DNA from: Desulfobacterales bacterium
GTDB lineage: Bacteria > Desulfobacterota > Desulfobacteria > Desulfobacterales > UBA2174
Direction: 5' to 3'
Assembly: GCA_963668645.2 (NCBI GenBank)
Contig: CAXXWC010000010.1
Coordinates: forward strand, 288,001-352,000
DNA: 64,000 nucleotides
Numbering within the stretch: the stretch's first letter is position 1; every line of letters begins with the position of its first letter. The position numbers and the translations under genes were made by a program. Of the stretch, positions 39,568-49,676 are shown piece by piece. The notes under the pieces are model-generated. The model had not been told where the DNA came from, ran no database searches, and saw only the letters and a program-made list of their open reading frames with translations.

Positions 39568-41436
39568 CTAGTCATTCTTCTTTTCAAAGCCAATTCGCAG
39601 CGCATAAGCCCCCGCATCCAGGTGCGCCTGCACCGCATAGCCGCCCTTTTCGAAGACTTTCATCATCGCCTTGTTGCTGGCCAGCACATCGGCGGTGAAC
39701 CCTTTGACGCCCCGTTGCATGGCCAGCCGGATCAGCATGCGATACATATAGGTGGCGATGCCCAGCCCTTCGTGGTCGCCGTCCACCACGAAGGCCACAT
39801 CGGCCCAGTGGGTGTCGGCGTCCATCACATAACGCGCCTCGGCGATGATCCGCCCGTGGCCCGGCGACCCCACCAGCCCCACCAGGGAAAGGGCACGCCC
39901 GTAGTCGATGTTCACGTACTGCTGCATCCGGCAATGGGGCATGGTCTTGATGGGTGCAAAGTAGCGATAGTAAACCGCCTGGTCGGAAAAGCGGTAAAAA
40001 AGGCGGCGCATCTCCTCTTCGTCCGAAGGCCGGATGGCGCGAAAGCGGACCCGCACCCCGCCTTTGAAGGAATGGTCGGTGGCGATTTCACTCGGATACC
40101 GGTGCGCGCTGCCGGCCAGGTAGATCTGGTCAGGGTAGATGATCCGGGCCGCCTTGGCCGCCTCGATCAACCCGGCGCGGTCGTCCGGGTGGGCGATGTC
40201 GATGAGGGCCTGGGCCCGTTCGCGCACCGTGCGCCCGGCCAGCATGGCCACCCCGCACTCGGTGACCACCATGTCCACCGCCTCGCGCAGGGAAACCTGA
40301 TTGGGCATGGATTCCACCGAAACCCGGATATTCGGCTCACCTGTGCGGTTGCGGCTCGGCAGGGCGAAGATCACCCGGCCGCCTGGAGACATTTCCGCCC
40401 CGTTGAAAAAATCCATCATCTCTCCGGGCCGGCCCACCACGTTGCCCTTGCCCACATTCAGGGCGATACGCCCGGAAAGATCCACCCTGCGGGCGGGAAA
40501 AACGGCCACGAATTGACGGTTGAGGCCTATTTTACGCGGATCGAAGACGCGATCGATCCCCTGAAATTCCACCAGCGGGTTGTGATCCAGCCAGGCCATC
40601 AGTTCCCGGGTGCCGAAGGCGTAGCTGGCCACGCTTTTGCCGCGGAAAACCTCCTTGCGCCGGTTGCTCACCGCGCCGCTGCGCACCAGATGCATCAAGG
40701 CATCGGTAAAAAAAGGCGTTTGTATGCCCAGATGGCGACGGCGCACCAGTTGGCGGGCCAGTGCGTCGTAAAGCGGACCGATGGAAAAGGCCAGGCAACT
40801 GCCGTCTTCCACCACCGAAGCCACGTTGGCGGCCACCTGCTCGAAGACCGGCTCCACCGGCCAGGGGTCGAAGTAAAACGGGGGCTGATCCGCTGCCACG
40901 AGAAGATCGAACTCGTCGATGGGTACAAAGGTGTCGCCGAAGGTGACCGGCACCTCGGGATTGATCTCGCCCACCACCAGCTCGGCGCGTTCCATGGCCT
41001 GGCGGGCCGTGTCCACCGCCACCCCCAGGCTGCAGTAACCCGCCTCGTCCGGAGGGGTGATCTGGACAAAGGCGACATCCACCGCGATGCGCCCCGAGGC
41101 CAGCAGATGCGGGATGCGCGAAAAGCGGCTCGGAATCAGGTCCACCTGGCCGGCGGTGATGGCATCGTCGGCCACCCAGCCGGAAAAAAAGGTCTTGAGC
41201 CGATACTTCTGGGACTGGATCGATTCGAGGCTGATGGCCTCACCCAGGCTCACCAGCTGGATCAGTTCCAGATCGAGCAGGTTGTCGGCCCTGGAGGCCA
41301 TCAGGTGCTGAACCAGGGTGCGCGGTTCGGCCACCCCGGTGCCCACGAAAATGCTCATGCCCGGTTCGATGCGCGCCAGAACGGCCTCGGGCGGGCTGCA
41401 GCGCTTGCGCCAGGATTCATTTTGTCGGAATTTCAT
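39568..41436 (-). CDS. Acetyl-CoA hydrolase/transferase fused to a C-terminal GNAT domain
   Basis: GTGVAEP, GYCSLGV, VVTECGVA, RERAQALIDIAHPD, then a GNAT domain (AFVV...GLGIAT). Confidence 0.9.
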   Translation of the reverse strand: MKFRQNESWRKRCSPPEAVLARIEPGMSIFVGTGVAEPRTLVQHLMASRADNLLDLELIQLVSLGEAISLESIQSQKYRLKTFFSGWVADDAITAGQVDLIPSRFSRIPHLLASGRIAVDVAFVQITPPDEAGYCSLGVAVDTARQAMERAELVVGEINPEVPVTFGDTFVPIDEFDLLVAADQPPFYFDPWPVEPVFEQVAANVASVVEDGSCLAFSIGPLYDALARQLVRRRHLGIQTPFFTDALMHLVRSGAVSNRRKEVFRGKSVASYAFGTRELMAWLDHNPLVEFQGIDRVFDPRKIGLNRQFVAVFPARRVDLSGRIALNVGKGNVVGRPGEMMDFFNGAEMSPGGRVIFALPSRNRTGEPNIRVSVESMPNQVSLREAVDMVVTECGVAMLAGRTVRERAQALIDIAHPDDRAGLIEAAKAARIIYPDQIYLAGSAHRYPSEIATDHSFKGGVRVRFRAIRPSDEEEMRRLFYRFSDQAVYYRYFAPIKTMPHCRMQQYVNIDYGRALSLVGLVGSPGHGRIIAEARYVMDADTHWADVAFVVDGDHEGLGIATYMYRMLIRLAMQRGVKGFTADVLASNKAMMKVFEKGGYAVQAHLDAGAYALRIGFEKKND

Positions 41437-41659
41437 GGCTACCTCATGGCCCTTGCGGTCTGAACGTGCCGACCCTGCGGGATCCGGTCATTGATGTCAA
41501 TCGTCAACCGTTCGGATTCACGCCAGTCCCGGACTCTCGGCCCGAATGCATTGGTAATAAAACGGCGCTTGGCGAACCGCAAGTCCAGACTTGCTTCGGG
41601 CCGTGAAGTATGGTGTCATGATGCATCGCGCACGATGACGATAGAGGCATCCGCTTTCG

Positions 41660-42958
41660 ATGAACCGGCCCCCGAAAAAGGACCCCAGGGCGGCCGAAAG
41701 CCGGTCCTTGCATCAAGGCCGCAGGACGCCGGTCTTCTATATCCGGCTCGGCAACGCCCTGAATCGCGGCGGTTTCCCACGCCGGGCAGTGGCCGCCTAC
41801 GATCAGGCTCTGAAGCAGGTCCCCGGGTCGCGCACCGCTTTGCGCAACCGGGCCTTGACCCTGCTGGGCATGGGTCGGATCGATGAAGCGGCCCGGACCT
41901 TGCACCGGGTGGCGGAACTGGCATCTGGAGACGGGCAGATCCATTTTGAAATCGGCATACTGCTTTACCGCCAGGGCCGCCTTAAGCAAGCCGCCGTCCA
42001 TTTGCAGCAAGCCGCCTGCCTGGGGCCTTATCACGGCCGCGCCTGGAAGCGTCTGGGCGATGTCCTCAAGCTGATGGGCGAAGCCGGCCGGGCCCTGCAA
42101 GCCTACCAGCACGCAACGAAATACCTGCCGGGGCAGGCGGCGGTATATTACAGCCTCGGCACGACCCTTAACGCCCTGGGCCGCCGCAAGGAGGCCGCGG
42201 GTCAACTGACTCGCGCCCTGAAGCTCAATCCCCACCATGCATCGGCCCGTTATCTGCTTTGCGCCTTGCAGGGACACACTCCTCCCCGCGCGCCGAACGC
42301 CTATGTGCGCCGGCTCTTCGATCGCTACGCGGTCCGTTTCGACCGGCATATGCGCGGTCCTTTGGCTTACAAGGTGCCGGCCCGTCTGGCCAAGGAGCTG
42401 GCCAGGCGGCGCGGCGGCCGGCGCATTTACCGCAACGGGCTCGATCTGGGCTGCGGTACCGGTCTGACCGGAGAGGTGCTGCGCCCCTGGACCCGGCGCC
42501 TGACCGGGGTCGACATCTCCCCTGCGATGCTTGCCGAGGCCCGCAGCAAAAAAATCTATGACCGGCTGGCATGCCAGGATATCGTCATCTTTCTCGACAA
42601 GGCCGCAGAGCACTTCGATCTGATCGTCGCCGCGGACGTTTTGATCTACATCGGCGACATCCAGCCGTTGTTCGCCGCTGCAAGCCGCCGCCTGAGCCCG
42701 GCAGGGCGCTTGATGGTCTCCACCGAGGCCACCCGGTGCCACCCTTTTCGCCTGCGGTGCACTGGCCGTTTCGCCCACCACCCCGGTTATGTTTCGGACC
42801 TGGCGGCCAAGGCCGGATTTGAAATCGAAAAAAAGCGCCGCCTGGCGATCCGCCAGGAACACGACCGTATGGTCCACGGCGATCTGTTTATCTTCGCCCG
42901 CAAACCGAATCGTTTGCCTTGCCCGGGGGCATTTGATAGATTTTTGAACAACCTGTGA
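41660..42958 (+). CDS. TPR repeat protein with class I SAM-dependent methyltransferase
   Basis: TPR-like repeats, LFDRYA..FD, LDLGCGTGL, GVDIS..ML, AADVLIYIGD. Confidence 0.9.
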   Translation: MNRPPKKDPRAAESRSLHQGRRTPVFYIRLGNALNRGGFPRRAVAAYDQALKQVPGSRTALRNRALTLLGMGRIDEAARTLHRVAELASGDGQIHFEIGILLYRQGRLKQAAVHLQQAACLGPYHGRAWKRLGDVLKLMGEAGRALQAYQHATKYLPGQAAVYYSLGTTLNALGRRKEAAGQLTRALKLNPHHASARYLLCALQGHTPPRAPNAYVRRLFDRYAVRFDRHMRGPLAYKVPARLAKELARRRGGRRIYRNGLDLGCGTGLTGEVLRPWTRRLTGVDISPAMLAEARSKKIYDRLACQDIVIFLDKAAEHFDLIVAADVLIYIGDIQPLFAAASRRLSPAGRLMVSTEATRCHPFRLRCTGRFAHHPGYVSDLAAKAGFEIEKKRRLAIRQEHDRMVHGDLFIFARKPNRLPCPGAFDRFLNNL

Positions 42959-43022
42959 AAGGGGCAAAAGCCGGAAGGCCTGCCGGAAATCCTTTCGATT
43001 CCCCAACCCAAAGGAGGCACAG

Positions 43023-43214
43023 ATGAAAGCGACCGTGACCAGCCAGTGCATGGGCGACCGCAACTGCAACAAACTCTGCCCGGAGGTTTTCGAGTACGAC
43101 GAGGACGAGCTGCTCTCCAAGGTCAAGTTCGACGTGATTCCGGAAAAATACGAGGCCCTGGTCCAGCAGGCGGCGGATGAATGCGACGCCGATGCCATCG
43201 AAATCGAAGAATAG
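43023..43214 (+). CDS. Monocluster ferredoxin
   Basis: C-M-G-D-R-N-C-x3-CPEVF...CDADAI. GGAGG RBS. Confidence 0.9.
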   Translation: MKATVTSQCMGDRNCNKLCPEVFEYDEDELLSKVKFDVIPEKYEALVQQAADECDADAIEIEE

Positions 43215-43224
43215 GAGGCCGCCG

Positions 43225-43800
43225 GTGGGAAAATTCCGAGACAGCCAGACTGCCCGCAACCTGCTCCTTTCCTTTGCCGGTGAGTCCCAGGCCCGCAATC
43301 GCTATACCTACTTCGCCCGCCGGGCCTGCGAGGAGGGATTCATCCAGATCGGGGCCATCTTCGAAGAAACGGCCGATCAGGAGTGCGAGCACGCCCTGCG
43401 CTTTTTCAAGTTTTTCAACGGCGGCGAGTTGGAGATCTGCGGCAGTTTTCCCACCGGCGTGATCCGCGGCACCTGCGAAAACCTGATCGCCGCAGCCGAC
43501 GGGGAGCGCTTCGAACACCAGCAGCTCTATCCTGGATTTGCCAAAATGGCCGAAGACGAAGGATTCGCCCGGGCGGCCGACACCTGGAACGCCATCAGCG
43601 TTTCGGAAAAGCAGCATGAAAAGCGCTACCGGGACCTGGCGGCCAACCTGACGGCCGAGCGGGTCTTTGCCCGCGGGCAGGCCGCGGTGTGGCGCTGCCG
43701 CAACTGCGGCTATCTGTACACGGGCCGCGCGGCTCCGGAAAAATGCCCGGCCTGCGTAAAACCCCAGGGCTGGTTCGAACTGCTGGGTGAAAACTGGTAA
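43225..43800 (+). CDS. rbr: Rubrerythrin
   Basis: FAGESQARNRY, ExxH motifs, WRCRNCGY...CPAC. AGGAGG RBS before GTG 43225. Confidence 0.95.
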   Translation: MGKFRDSQTARNLLLSFAGESQARNRYTYFARRACEEGFIQIGAIFEETADQECEHALRFFKFFNGGELEICGSFPTGVIRGTCENLIAAADGERFEHQQLYPGFAKMAEDEGFARAADTWNAISVSEKQHEKRYRDLAANLTAERVFARGQAAVWRCRNCGYLYTGRAAPEKCPACVKPQGWFELLGENW

Positions 43801-43849
43801 ATGCGGTATGGACCTCCTGGCGCCACGGCTACGGCGCGCGCACCCCAGC

Positions 43850-43990
43850 GCACCGGTGATCGTGCTCGGCGGGATCCTTTCGGGCATCGTTACCGTCACC
43901 GAAGCCGCAGCTTTGGCCGTATTCTACGCCCTGTTCGTATCCACCGCGATCAACCGCAAACTCAAGTGGACCGCGATGTCGACAAGGTGA
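43850..43990 (+). pseudogene. Internal fragment of a TRAP transporter large permease (DctM)
   Basis: PVIVLGGILSGIVTVTEAAALAVFYAL is the DctM signature. The rest of the gene is absent. Confidence 0.75.
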
Positions 43991-44034
43991 GAATAGTGCT
44001 GAGCGGGTGAATGAAAAGCGGAATCTGGAAGCGA

Positions 44035-45399
44035 CTACCGGGCAGCCTTCAGGCGATAGCGCTTCAGGCGACGGTAGAAGGTGGCTTCGCTCATGCCGAG
44101 TAACTGCGCGGCCTTGCGACGGTTGCCGGCACTCTGATCAAGGGCGTTGCGAATGGCTTCCCGTTCATAATCGGAGAGACTTTTTTTGGCAATAGGCCCA
44201 GGGTGCGGCTGGCAGCACATTACGGCGTCAAAAGACTTTAGGTCCACCGGCCGGATTTGTTCTTTGGGAGCCAAGATGGCGGCACAGCGTAAAACGTTTT
44301 CCAGTTCGCGCACATTTCCTGGCCAGTCATGGGCGCAAAGAACTTTCATTGCGGCTTCGGAAACCCGTTTCGGCGGCATTCCCTCGTGCATCAAAAGATC
44401 AAGAAAGTGGGTCACCAAAAGCGGGATATCCCCAACCCGCTCGCGCAACGGTGGCACATGGAGGGTGACGGCACTTAACCGGTAATACAGATCCAGGCGA
44501 AACCGTCCCTCGGCCACTGCCCTGGGTAGATCCTGGTTGGTGGCCGCAATAATGCGAATATCCACATTGATCGTTCTCACGGCACCCACCGGCCGTACCA
44601 TGCGCTCCTGGATGGTGCGTAAGAGTTTGGCCTGCACGCCCAGGGGCAGTTCGCCGGCTTCATCGAAAAACAAAGATCCCTGGTCCGCCGAGCGGATCAA
44701 TCCCGGGGTCGATTGATCCGCCCCGGTAAAGGCGCCTCTGGTGTGACCGAACAGCTCGCTTTCCAGCACCGATTCGCTGATGGCGGCACAGTCCACCGGG
44801 ATAAAGGCATTGGCGCAACGCTTGCTGTGATGATGAACCGCCTTGGCCACCAGTTCCTTACCGGTACCGCTTTCCCCCTGAATCAGGACCGATGTCAGGG
44901 TGGGACCGACCCGCGCGATCAGGTCTTTGAGCTCCAGCATCGCTGGCGATTCGCCCACCAGGTTATCGAAGTGAAACTGCCCTTCAATCGGCCACAATAA
45001 ATCACGGTTTTCCGCTTTGAGGCGCCACAACCGGTAGACTTGGTCGATCTTCTTTTGCAGAATATCCAGCGAGATGGGTTTCTCGAAAAAATCGAGGGCG
45101 CCACCATGAATGGCCTCGACCGCCTCTCTCACACCGCCGTATCCGGTGAGAATGATCACGTTGAGGTCCGGACGGATAGCCAGAGCCTCCTGCAAGACGC
45201 TCATGCCGTCCTTGCCGGGCATATTCAGGTCCAGGAGCACCAGATCGACATCATTTGCATGGATAAAGTCGAGCGCTTGGCAGCCATTTTCGGCCATGTC
45301 CACACGCAAGGGCATCCGCTTGAAATATTGCTGCAAGCTTTTGCGCACATTCGCATCGTCATCGACAATCAGAAGCGTAAAACGGGCATTGATTGGCAT
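44035..45399 (-). CDS. NtrC/AtoC-type sigma54 response regulator
   Basis: Receiver (LLIVDDD, LLDLNMPG), GESGTGKE, GAFTGA, WPGNVREL, HTH. Confidence 0.93.
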   Translation of the reverse strand: MPINARFTLLIVDDDANVRKSLQQYFKRMPLRVDMAENGCQALDFIHANDVDLVLLDLNMPGKDGMSVLQEALAIRPDLNVIILTGYGGVREAVEAIHGGALDFFEKPISLDILQKKIDQVYRLWRLKAENRDLLWPIEGQFHFDNLVGESPAMLELKDLIARVGPTLTSVLIQGESGTGKELVAKAVHHHSKRCANAFIPVDCAAISESVLESELFGHTRGAFTGADQSTPGLIRSADQGSLFFDEAGELPLGVQAKLLRTIQERMVRPVGAVRTINVDIRIIAATNQDLPRAVAEGRFRLDLYYRLSAVTLHVPPLRERVGDIPLLVTHFLDLLMHEGMPPKRVSEAAMKVLCAHDWPGNVRELENVLRCAAILAPKEQIRPVDLKSFDAVMCCQPHPGPIAKKSLSDYEREAIRNALDQSAGNRRKAAQLLGMSEATFYRRLKRYRLKAAR

Positions 45400-45445
45400 T
45401 GGTTTGCTTGACCTGTCGGTAGCGCGAGTCGTCAACAATATATCT

Positions 45446-47910
45446 CTATGGCCACACAATTTGGTTGGATTTTGCCCCGGATAAAGCCGCAGAAGCGCGC
45501 TGTGAGATTCGAACGGGAAGATCCGGTATTTTTGTCAGTGCTTTAAAACCAGGCAGAATGCGATCGGCATCCGCGGCCGGTATCAGCTCCTCGGAAGCCG
45601 AGGTTCGATCCAAATCAGCAAACAGGGCTTCGATATTGGGCCGGCCGTCGAGCAGGATTTTCATGTAGTCGGGGTTGGACAGATTTTTCACCAACGGGGT
45701 ATCGGCCAGCATGGTTTGCAACGCGCGGTGCATGCGATTATCGCCGGTACGGCGGCGATGATCCCGGCGCAAGCTGCGAAAGAACTGTTCCAGGATGTTG
45801 TTGGTCCGCTGGGGATAAACCACCTGCGGCCCCGAAGGGGTCTGCACGTCAATCGGGTCGGCAAACAGTTTGTCGTGATACTTGTCGATCTGTTCGGCCA
45901 GTTTGCGGCACAGCGGATCGGCTGCCAGCTTTGCTTCGGCATCGAGACGGTGACGGAATTGGCCAACGCTCTGGCGGATACTTTCCATCGCGGGTGCGGC
46001 ACCATCATCGTTGAGGCCGTCTCGGCCTCCGGAAGGTGCGATGCGCATGGCTTGGCGAAGCTGATCAAAGAGCCGGCAACGCCAGCGTAACGAGTCGAGG
46101 CTTTTTTCGAAGACCGGATCGGCGACGACATCCATCACCTTTCGTGCCAGGTGGACAAACAAGCGGCTGCCGGCCACGTTGTCGCCGGGAAGTGTCTGTA
46201 GCAGGCGCGGCAGGCAATCGAGCAGGATCATAAGCCGTTCGGCCAGTACCAGCAAGGGGCGATCGAAAGGAAAGCCGTAGCCATCGCCGCAGTGTTTGGC
46301 CTGCAAGCTCCACAGCGATAGTGCATAGACCGCCGCAGGGGTCGTGAGACTCAAATCGGCAGCCGTTTGGGTGCCCGCCAGATACATCGCCAGGGCGTTC
46401 GGCTCGGCCAGTAACCGACGGGCGTGGCGGGCCAACGCACGGAACCGGGTGCTGAACGCATGGCGACGCAGGCAGCCACGAAGCTCGCGGTAGGCCGGCT
46501 CGATCAGGTCTTTGCCCGCATCGCGCAAGAAATGAAAGTGGCAGACAAAGTCTTTGCTTGTGGGGAACACGGCCCCGACCGCCTTGCAGATGCCTGTGCC
46601 CATGTCATGCACACAGGCGATCGGATCGCCATAGTCGTCTTTGATCTTTTCCAAAAACGGGATGATCTGAGCGGCGTGTTCACTGGGCACCTTGACATTG
46701 GCCAACACCAGGCGGCTCAGAGCGTCGATGCCTGACATCAGAGCGGGCGCATCTTCTTGATGCACGGCATCCAGATGCAGGATATAGCCGCCGCTTCTGG
46801 CCATGGCCTGCTTGATGCGCGGGGTGGCGCGCCGATGGGCCAGAGCCAGCAAGAGGATAAACTTGCGGCCGAGTTTGGTGATTTGAGAATCGGACAGCAC
46901 CACATCGCGGGCCAGCAGCTCGTTGCGAACCTGCCCGACACTGTGGCAGTCCTCGAACAGGCGACGGCCGACAAAGACCAGCACGTCCCAAGCGGTATTG
47001 CAACGATGCGCCACCCGCTGACGCAGGGCCGGATCTTCCCAGACACGGCCACAACGGGTACAGCGTTGCACGGTCCGGCGGGCGATATAGGTGACCGAAA
47101 GACTGACCACGCGCTTGGTTTGTGTCTTTTGGACTTTCAAGGCACCGCCGCAGGAGCACTGCCGGTGCGGGTAGCGAAAATCGACCACCGGCGGCTGCGC
47201 GAACAACGCCGACGGGCGCACCTCCTGGTGCAGTTGTTCGTTGAGGCGGCTCAGGAGGCCGATGGCCGCAACGGCAGCATTTTTTTTAAACCGTGCTGCG
47301 CAAACAGCGCCCGGATCTGGTCGGCCTTGATGCGCACGGCGGCCCGGGCCGACACCCGGCGGGCCAACTCGGCCGGCTCGGCTGACGGCTTGCGGATGAA
47401 TTCGGCCAGCACCATCACTGCAATCTCGGCTGGCAGCACCGCCGCCACGGGCGCTTCCAGGACACGACGTTGCGCCTCGGCGGTCCTGGCATTGCTGGCC
47501 AGGTAAACGTTCGCGCGTCCCTGGCGCTGGCGCTGGACAAGACCGCGGCGGTACAACCCGACCAGAACCGAATGACAACGGCAGCGCAACTTTTGGCCGA
47601 GCGCTTCGGCGCTCATCCCTGCCAGACTGGCATCGATCAGGGCCACCAGCGTACGGGTCAGACTGCCGGCCCGGGAAAAGCCGATGTCGTGGTAAAACCA
47701 CAGTCCTTCGCGCGAAAAGCGAGGAATCGAACGCAGGGTATACCATCGTCCGTTGTGCGTAAAACTGCTGTAGTAGCCGTTCTGGGCCAGAAATCGCCGG
47801 GTTGATGGAATCGAGTAGTCCATCTGTTGGCTCAGCGGCCCGATCATCCAGCATGGATGCTGCTTGAACAGGACCGCGAGACGCTGGGAAACCTCGGTCG
47901 AACCATCCAT
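45446..47910 (-). CDS. Transposase, ORFA (47910-47251) joined to ORFB by a probable -1 frameshift near 47285
   Basis: ORFA has a GGAGGG RBS. A slippery TTT-A8 run lies where the frames overlap. ORFB has HLD, VHDMG, CHFH and TNNILEQFFR. Confidence 0.8.
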
Positions 47911-48189
47911 ATCGCCCTCCCGATAAAGTATTGCAGGTTATCGCCGCAACCGGGCATATATGCAATACATTATCAAGAAATGGACGATTTGACAAGAACG
48001 AAAAAGAGGATAGCCATCTATCGTAAATGACAATCATTACATGTGTTTTCTATGAGTTAGACGCAAAGCCGACACCCCGGAAAACGAAAGCACAGGCTCC
48101 TTGAGAATCGCAAAATATGATCAAGTATGGCAAAAATAATCGGATAACATACTGATTTTACAGAATCCAACCGTTTTGTGGTTCCATAG
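45446..48189 (-). mobile_element. Complete 2744-bp IS with Mutator/IS256-like DDE transposase
   Basis: Imperfect ~26-bp TIRs (CTATGG...GGTTGGATT and AATCCAACC...CCATAG). 8-bp TSD ATATATCT at 45438-45445 and 48190-48197. Confidence 0.9.
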
Positions 48190-48389
48190 ATATATCTATA
48201 GAGGTTAATAGCCAGAGATTTATTAGAATTTCCAAAAGTCATATCCGATATCACTTTTTCGCTCAGCGAGAAATACAAATACTGACACTCTCTTAAAAAG
48301 TCTTGGTTCGGATCAAGCTGCGTTAACAGTATATGACACGTAATGTGGGCTTCTTGGCGGACCGACAGACGATCGAAGCTGAAAGCCGC

Positions 48390-48600
48390 TCAGGCTGCCC
48401 GATTCACGTTTCTCAACCCCCATGGCAGGGCTGATCACCTCGACACCCAACTCGGCGGCCTGCTGGCAGTTGTCATCCGAACCGTAAAGGGAATCGGCCT
48501 GCACCTGTTCGGGCGCCAGACCCGTTTCCAGGGTTTTCTGGATGGCGGGCAACAGAGCCTTCGCATTGCTGCGGCAAGCCGGTTCCACCTCGAATTGAAA
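48390..48600 (-). pseudogene. Transposase remnant, IS1182/IS5-like
   Basis: EVEPA...ALLPAI...APEQVQADSLYGSDDN...GVEVISP resembles the central DDE segment. No full gene. Confidence 0.65.
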
Positions 48601-48615
48601 TCCGTCCAACAGGTG

Positions 48616-48658
48616 TGTCAATTTGAGAGACTCGGCAGAAAGCTCTTTCATCCTGACA
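48616..48658. promoter_or_regulatory. Candidate paired enhancer (UAS) sites
   Basis: TGTCA-ATT-TGAGA (48616-48628) and TTTCA-TCC-TGACA (48646-48658), 30 bp apart and about 100-145 bp upstream of a sigma54 promoter. Confidence 0.55.
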
Positions 48659-48760
48659 GACAAAGAATGACGTCCGACTTCCATCACCACCAAGGCTTGC
48701 AATACGCCAACCAGCGACAAAAACAAGCAATCGAAAAGATCAAATCCATTGTGGCGGCAA

Positions 48761-48776
48761 TGGCACCGAGCTTGCA
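48761..48776 (+). promoter_or_regulatory. Sigma54 (-24/-12) promoter of the fimbrial operon
   Basis: TGGCAC-CGAGC-TTGCA, perfect consensus spacing. Confidence 0.8.
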
Positions 48777-48955
48777 GACTTCATCCCAAACCTCGACAGC
48801 TGAATGTCGCGCAATCGGTTCGTAGGCCCCGGGCGAAGGGAGGTGATGGATGGACAGGGTAGGCTTCCGTGGGCGCCGGTTTTCAGCCGCAGGATGATTC
48901 TCGTCAGCGCTTTTGAATCTCATCAGATGAAACAACGAAAAAAGGAGAGTTCGTC

Positions 48956-49558
48956 ATGAAAAACATAATTAAAATTATCGCCATTGCCGCCTCGTCCCTG
49001 CTGATCGCCACCGCCGCCTGGGCCGAGCAGGCCAGCGACACGGTCGATGCCACCGCAGGCCTCCAGCCGGCCCTGGAACTGAGCTGCACCGACGTCTCGT
49101 TCGGCGTCTGGCGGGTGCCCCTGCGCGACTCGGGCGGCACGACCACCATCACCCTCGATCGCGACAACGACACGGTAACGCCGGGCGGCAATACCACCCG
49201 GGTGGCTCAATCGACGTCCGATGTCTCCTGGTCCCACAGCCGCGGCGTTTGTACTCTTTCCGGTTCGACGGCGGCGGATGACACGTCGGCCACCATCTCG
49301 ATCCAGGACAGCACCGACATGGCCTTTGGAGCCGCCGACTCCACCGCCACCGGCTATACCGGCCTGGACGCGGCCACCGCAGCCGCCACCCTGACGGCCA
49401 CTCTCAATGCGCCGGAAAGCGCCACGATCACTTCGGGAGCGGCCACCTTCTACGTCGGCGGCCTGCTGACCATTCCCCAAACCATCGTCGCGGACAACTA
49501 CGGCGGCTACAAGACCAGCACCTCGGCGACCGTCAGCGCCGACGACGGTGTGGAGTAA
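48956..49558 (+). CDS. Secreted pilin-like protein (DUF4402/CS1-like), probable major subunit
   Basis: AAGGAG RBS, signal peptide, Thr/Ser/Ala-rich beta protein, 2 Cys, FYVGGLLTI...GGY. Confidence 0.75.
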   Translation: MKNIIKIIAIAASSLLIATAAWAEQASDTVDATAGLQPALELSCTDVSFGVWRVPLRDSGGTTTITLDRDNDTVTPGGNTTRVAQSTSDVSWSHSRGVCTLSGSTAADDTSATISIQDSTDMAFGAADSTATGYTGLDAATAAATLTATLNAPESATITSGAATFYVGGLLTIPQTIVADNYGGYKTSTSATVSADDGVE

Positions 49559-49591
49559 CACCCGGCCTGACCGGTGCCGCTGCGCTGGTGT

Positions 49592-49628
49592 GAGCCTACC
49601 GGGCCCGACAGGCCCGTCCGGTAGGCTC
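49592..49628 (+). terminator. Stem-loop after the first pilin gene
   Basis: GAGCCTACCGG...CCGGTAGGCTC perfect 11-bp stem. No U tract, so possibly a stabiliser or attenuator. Confidence 0.55.
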
Positions 49629-49676
49629 CGCCAGCCTCCGGCCCGCCTGAAGGACACCTGACGAGGAACACCACCG

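Noticed and set aside
42955..43000. GGCAAA-containing leader resembling a c-di-GMP-I riboswitch (also near 28548)
   Set aside because: The GNRA-capped P2 stem and GACGCAAAGC core are missing.
47290..48037. N-terminal ~250 aa of the 863-aa ORF in the ORF track
   Set aside because: It is a shadow frame of ORFA (47910-47251), which has the RBS and protein-like composition. Only the part after the slippery site looks coding.
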